DNA of 64,000 bases from Paraspadella gotoi (lineage: Eukaryota; Animalia; Chaetognatha): positions 1,518,981 through 1,582,980 of the forward strand of contig CM119263.1 of the NCBI GenBank assembly GCA_051294375.1. Direction: 5' to 3'. The position numbers and the translations under genes were made by a program. The notes under the pieces were generated by a model. It was not told the DNA's origin, searched no databases, and was given only the letters and a program-made list of their open reading frames with translations. Each line of letters begins with the position of its first letter. Within the stretch, counting starts at the first letter, position 1. Positions 58,789 to 64,000 of this stretch are shown in pieces.

Positions 58789-60747
58789 NNNNNNNNNNNN
58801 NNNNNNNNNNNNNNNNNNNNNNNNNNNNNNNNNNNNNNNNNNNNNNNNNNNNNNNNNNNNNNNNNNNNNNNNNNNNNNNNNNNNNNNNNNNNNNNNNNNN
58901 NNNNNNNNNNNNNNNNNNNNNNNNNNNNNNNNNNNNNNNNNNNNNNNNNNNNNNNNNNNNNNNNNNNNNNNNNNNNNNNNNNNNNNNNNNNNNNNNNNNN
59001 NNNNNNNNNNNNNNNNNNNNNNNNNNNNNNNNNNNNNNNNNNNNNNNNNNNNNNNNNNNNNNNNNNNNNNNNNNNNNNNNNNNNNNNNNNNNNNNNNNNN
59101 NNNNNNNNNNNNNNNNNNNNNNNNNNNNNNNNNNNNNNNNNNNNNNNNNNNNNNNNNNNNNNNNNNNNNNNNNNNNNNNNNNNNNNNNNNNNNNNNNNNN
59201 NNNNNNNNNNNNNNNNNNNNNNNNNNNNNNNNNNNNNNNNNNNNNNNNNNNNNNNNNNNNNNNNNNNNNNNNNNNNNNNNNNNNNNNNNNNNNNNNNNNN
59301 NNNNNNNNNNNNNNNNNNNNNNNNNNNNNNNNNNNNNNNNNNNNNNNNNNNNNNNNNNNNNNNNNNNNNNNNNNNNNNNNNNNNNNNNNNNNNNNNNNNN
59401 NNNNNNNNNNGCATTTACATATTTAAAATTCGTGCGGAAGTTCGACGGAGGAAAAAAGTAGAAAGGATTTGCATAATATCAAATCGCAATTTGGGAATTT
59501 CGAAGAAAAAAATATTCAAGAAATTAAAAAAAAATCCAAAACAAGTTTAAAAGAATGCAGAGAGAAATTAAAAAGTTTTTATAATTATAAATCTGATATT
59601 TGTAAAGTTGGTGAAAGTTAAATTTTATAACGAGGCCCATTTTTTTTGGGTTTACATCATTTGACTCATTAGTTAAAAAAAAGTAAACACAACAATCCAT
59701 AATGTGAAAAGAAATATTTAGCCTTGACTCCTTGCGTATCCAAGTCAATAGTCAACCCTTAACGCGAAAACCGAATTTCTTTTTTTGGGCCTTAAAAGGT
59801 TTTTAAGGCACAAGAAAGAATCCGTAACGAGAGTGGCAACGCCAACGAAGTCGACCTCGATAATGACGACGACGATAATGACGACGATAACGACGACGAT
59901 AACGACGACGATAACGACGACGAGGCCGACGTTTTTGACAAAAATGACGACATGGTGGCGACGATGATGACAATGACAAACATGATGACGACCTAGTAAA
60001 CGACTATGTAGTACAACAACAGAGACGATGACGACGACGATGAAGACGACGACGATGACGAAAATAAAAACGATAACGATGACGACGGTTATGAAAATGG
60101 AGACAAGACGAAGACTAAGACAATGATTTGGACGGCGATGACGATGACTACGACGATGACAACGACGCCGACAGCGACGACGATGACGCCGACAGCGACC
60201 ATGATAACGACCTCTGCCCCCAGGCGAAAACCTTGAGAGCGAAAAATCTCGATCGTCGACTGAANNNNNNNNNNNNNNNNNNNNNNNNNNNNNNNNNNNN
60301 NNNNNNNNNNNNNNNNNNNNNNNNNNNNNNNNNNNNNNNNNNNNNNNNNNNNNNNNNNNNNNNNNNNNNNNNNNNNNNNNNNNNNNNNNNNNNNNNNNNN
60401 NNNNNNNNTAGAGAGAAGGGAAAACCATTGCCAAAGGAAAATCAATTAGTTAATAATAATATAATTATATTTTTATTCCTTTGTATTTTTTTTTTCGTCA
60501 CAATGCAACCGAGGGTCGGAAAGACAACCTTCCTGACTACAAGCGTAAATCAGATAAAATGTCTCGCTCTCATCACACGATCCCGTTGTGTAACGCATGA
60601 GGCGGAAAAGGAAACTGCCTGATAAAGAAACGAGACTGAAAAAAACACCAGTGAACAACGCAACTGGAAAAGACAACTGCAATTTGCTTCGCTGACGATG
60701 CTAACAGTAATAAATTTGCGGCAGAACGAAGACGTCACTCAACGACT

Positions 60748-60785
<38 letters not shown>

Positions 60786-62233
60786 CAATCAGGCGGAGGG
60801 ACGTTCAATCAGGCGGAGAAAAGACAGACAAGAGCGAATCAATTTGTGGAGGAAAAAAGGAGAAAAGAAGAGAAGAGGAAAGAAAAGAGAATAAATCACT
60901 GAAAAAAGTGAATAGAAAGGTGTGTGAATCACTGAATCACTGAAATAGAGAATGGAAAGGTATGTGAATGACGTCGGTAGAGAATGGGCAAGTGAATTAA
61001 TCACTGAAAATCACTGAAGAAAAGAATATAAAGTTGAATGTTTCACTGGTGAAGAAGAAGAAAAAGTGAATGAATCACTGAAAAAAAATTTAGAGATGAA
61101 TAAATCGATAAGGATAAAATGAGAATGAAAAAAAAATTTTAAAAAAACCTAAGGTGTAATGTATGGATAGCGATAAAATTAAAATAATTCTAAAACTAAA
61201 GAAAGAAAATAAAGAAAGAAAAAGGTAGAGAAAAATTAAACTAAAGGAAACTTAAGTATGAAACAAATAACTGAATCGTTTAAATAAACAAACATAATTA
61301 TGACGCAAATTGAGTTGCTTTGGTGACGCGTCATGACATCTTATCTGCAGCCAAAATAATTGACAAAAAAAGTCGATCAAATATCAAGCATGTTTCACGG
61401 ACAAAAGTTGCAAATGTTCACCAATGGGGACATCTGTCAACAAACGCGCGATTTTATGCTGATTCGCAAAATTAATTAACGTATTCTGTCTCTCTCTCTC
61501 TCTNNNNNNNNNNNNNNNNNNNNNNNNNNNNNNNNNNNNNNNNNNNNNNNNNNNNNNNNNNNNNNNNNNNNNNNNNNNNNNNNNNNNNNNNNNNNNNNNN
61601 NNNNNNNNNNNNNNNNNNNNNNNNNNNNNNNNNNNNNNNNNNNNNNNNNNNNNNNNNNNNNNNNNNNNNTCTCTCTCTCTCTCTCGGGTCTTCCCGATCA
61701 CGTGACCTCGCGCGTTTTGTTTGTCTCTCGGATCGAATTCGTTGCGTAAACAAATGGATAAGAAAAAGAAAGAGAGGAATTAGAAGAAGGAGAAATAATA
61801 AAGAGAAGAAAAAAAGGGAAAAATAAAAAGAAGAAGAAAAGGGAAAAATATAAAGAAGAAGAAAAGAGAAAAATAAAAAGAAGAAGAAAACAGAAGAATA
61901 ACAAGAACGGTAGTTCAAATGTGTTGCGCCGCAGTGACTGACTTATCACGTGTATTTCTCATAACATGACGTGACATGATGTGACAGGACGTGATATGAC
62001 ATGACTACAATAACTTTTTTTGCCCGTGTACATGTATTTATGACACACACTGCATAGGAAATCGTTTTTGTTCTTTATAGTTTTCATGATTTCCTGAAGG
62101 CGGCGCGAGCAGTCCCTTATATTTGACATTTTTAACGTAAGTGGGACAGACATACCGATCGACAGACCGACCGAAAAGTGACCTATAGAGTTGCTTCGCG
62201 AGTACTCGCGGCGCTACTAAAAACATATAACAT

Positions 62234-62400
62234 TAAATAAACGAGACTGTGAAAGAGTCTTGATTGAAAGCTGGCAGAGACCTTCCATGTTATTATCTGT
62301 AAAGTATGATGGAGGCATTAAACCACCATAGCATGTCAAAATTTTGTGGAAAGATAGCTTATTTATTTAATGAATGGATAATTTTTATGTTGGTTGTAAC
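62234..62400 (+). mobile_element. Diverged, 5'-truncated repeat family A copy
   Basis: aataaacgagactgtgaaagagtcttgattgaaagctggcag...gatagcttatttatttaatgaatggata. Confidence 0.75.
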
Positions 62401-63566
62401 AGGAGAAAAAGTAAAAAAAGTAAAAAAAATAAATAAAACTAAGAAATATTAGAGAAAAGTCTCGTACTCAACATTGATAAAGACGACAACGACAACAACG
62501 ACAACAACGACAACAACGACGACAACGACAACAGCAACCAGGACCAGTCAACCGAATCGAGAGAAAACAGTCAAGTTGTTTTGAGAGTCATCTTTCTATT
62601 TTTCTTTCTGTTTTTCTTTCTCTCTGAACTTTTTTCCTTCGCTTCTTTTTCTTTCTTATTCTTTCTTTTCGATCCACTGACTTTTATCTTATATTCACGA
62701 ATCGTTCCTTTTTTCACGTTTTTATTTTATTTTATTTTTTTACAAAAAGTTAAATCTTCATCATTATTGTCGTCGTCNNNNNNNNNNTCGTCGTCGTCAT
62801 CGGTGGTCGTCACTGTGGTCGTCACGTGATCCTTCACCGCGTAATGTGGTCGTTTTGGTCGTCGTCGACGTCATCGTCAGCGACTGACCATTTCTTCTCA
62901 TTATCTTCTTCCTCCTCCTCCTGCTCCTCCTCCTCCTCTTCCTCCTCTTGATCTCCCCCTCGTTAACAAGGGCCGTTTTATGGCCTCAACCGCTTCGCCG
63001 GTCGCTTCGATTGGGAAGAAGGAAAAAAAAAGGGAGAAAAAAAAGTAAAAGAAAGAGAAAGGAAAAGGAAGAGAAGGGAGAGAAAAGAAAGTGAAAGGAA
63101 ACAAAGAAAAAAATAAAACAAAGAAAGAAAAAAGAAAATGAAGTGAAACTAAAAAATTAAGGAAACAAAATAAATAAAAATTAAGGAAACCTTAAATAAA
63201 AGGAAATTAAATATAAGGAAAGGAAGGAGAAAGGACGCGAGATGCATCCTCATTTTAAAGGCCAACCTCCTTTGCCCCATTTGCCACTTTTGCCCTCCAT
63301 CCTCTCTTCGCCCGTTTTTTACTTCCTCCTCCTCCTCTTCCTCCTCTTCCTTCTCCTTTCTCCCTGATCGTCGCGACAACCGATAAAATGCCCACTTCGT
63401 TTTGCACTCCCTCTCTCCCTCTCCTCCTTCCCTCTCTCCTCCTAACCTCTTCTCTTCTCGTGACCTCTCTCTGCTCTCTCTCTCTCTCTTCTCTCTTAAA
63501 TAAGATTAGATAGTATTTCTGGTCTCTGGAGGCTCCTTTTATTAAAACTCGCCCATAACCAATTCT

Positions 63567-63639
<73 letters not shown>

Positions 63640-64000
63640 CCTCCCGTCTCCTACCCCCTCTCGAGCATCCAATTACTTTTTGAAATTGACCCCATCGTCG
63701 AATGAGGGGCCAGGCATTCTCCCCGAGAGGGCCAGCGGGGCGGGCAGCGCTGAGGGGAGATCCAAATGTTGACCTTTGACCTCGATTGCAGGTGAACATG
63801 TGGAAAGACGATGAAATTCCTTTGTCCGGAAGAATAAAGACGGCTTCCGGAGCCGAGGGAGGGAGAGCTCATTGATTAATTTTTTTAGTTGGTTGAATAA
63901 AGTATTAATTAAAGAGCTTTTTAACGCTTATTTTATCAAGAATGTTTCCTTTAAAATTTATTTTATTTATTTGTTCATTGTTTAAAACGTTAAAGAAGCT

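Larger units (their letters stand above)
54035..62787. other. Gap-rich scaffold segment (N runs at 54035-54670, 55423-55576, 55701-55965, 56105-56642, 58298-58488, 58789-59410, 60265-60408, 61504-61669, 62778-62787)
   Basis: Most N runs are flanked by microsatellites; ORFs crossing them are not meaningful. Confidence 0.95.

Noticed and set aside
58499-60260. Asp-rich or Thr-rich proteins from (GAC/GAT)n tracts
   Set aside because: Degenerate trinucleotide repeats interrupted by stops and gaps, with no splice or ATG support; cannot be excluded but is unsupported.
63792-63875. Exon after TTGCAG near the window end (VNMWKDDEIPLSGRIK...)
   Set aside because: The acceptor is plausible but there is no recognisable product or canonical donor.

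Overview
Eukaryotic, very probably invertebrate animal, draft-assembly DNA. It has GC-rich exons, AT-rich introns, dense (CT)n/(GTC)n microsatellites, N-gaps and noisy stretches that look long-read filled. By manual splicing I can build seven protein-coding genes in the first 36 kb: (1) an HxxxDG condensation/alcohol-acetyltransferase-type acyltransferase (-, 273-2150); (2) the two MBT repeats of a Polycomb Scm/SCMH1 orthologue (+, exons 2611-8868); (3,4) two antisense orphan genes nested in one 5-kb Scm intron, one a type I membrane protein with Lys-, Asp- and Asn/Tyr-rich blocks; (5) a long low-complexity SH3-domain gene (-, ~9844-27330) whose apparent ~8-kb tandem duplication is probably a gap-filling artefact; (6) a BK-channel beta/TipE-like two-TM protein (-, 28339-32284); (7) a Lifeguard/GRINA (TMBIM) gene (+, 33042-36279). 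The most striking observations are splicing-related: a ~45-copy 14-bp array of the Lifeguard exon-4 5' splice site, a YAG|GTAAGT recursive-splice-like site after the last visible Scm exon, and two phase-supported GC-AG first introns. The right half is mostly non-coding, with dispersed repeats (a tRNA-derived SINE and a repeat with a degenerate hammerhead-like motif), minisatellites, isolated exon candidates and gaps. Several frameshifts are probably sequencing errors. All family assignments come from motif recognition, not database searches.
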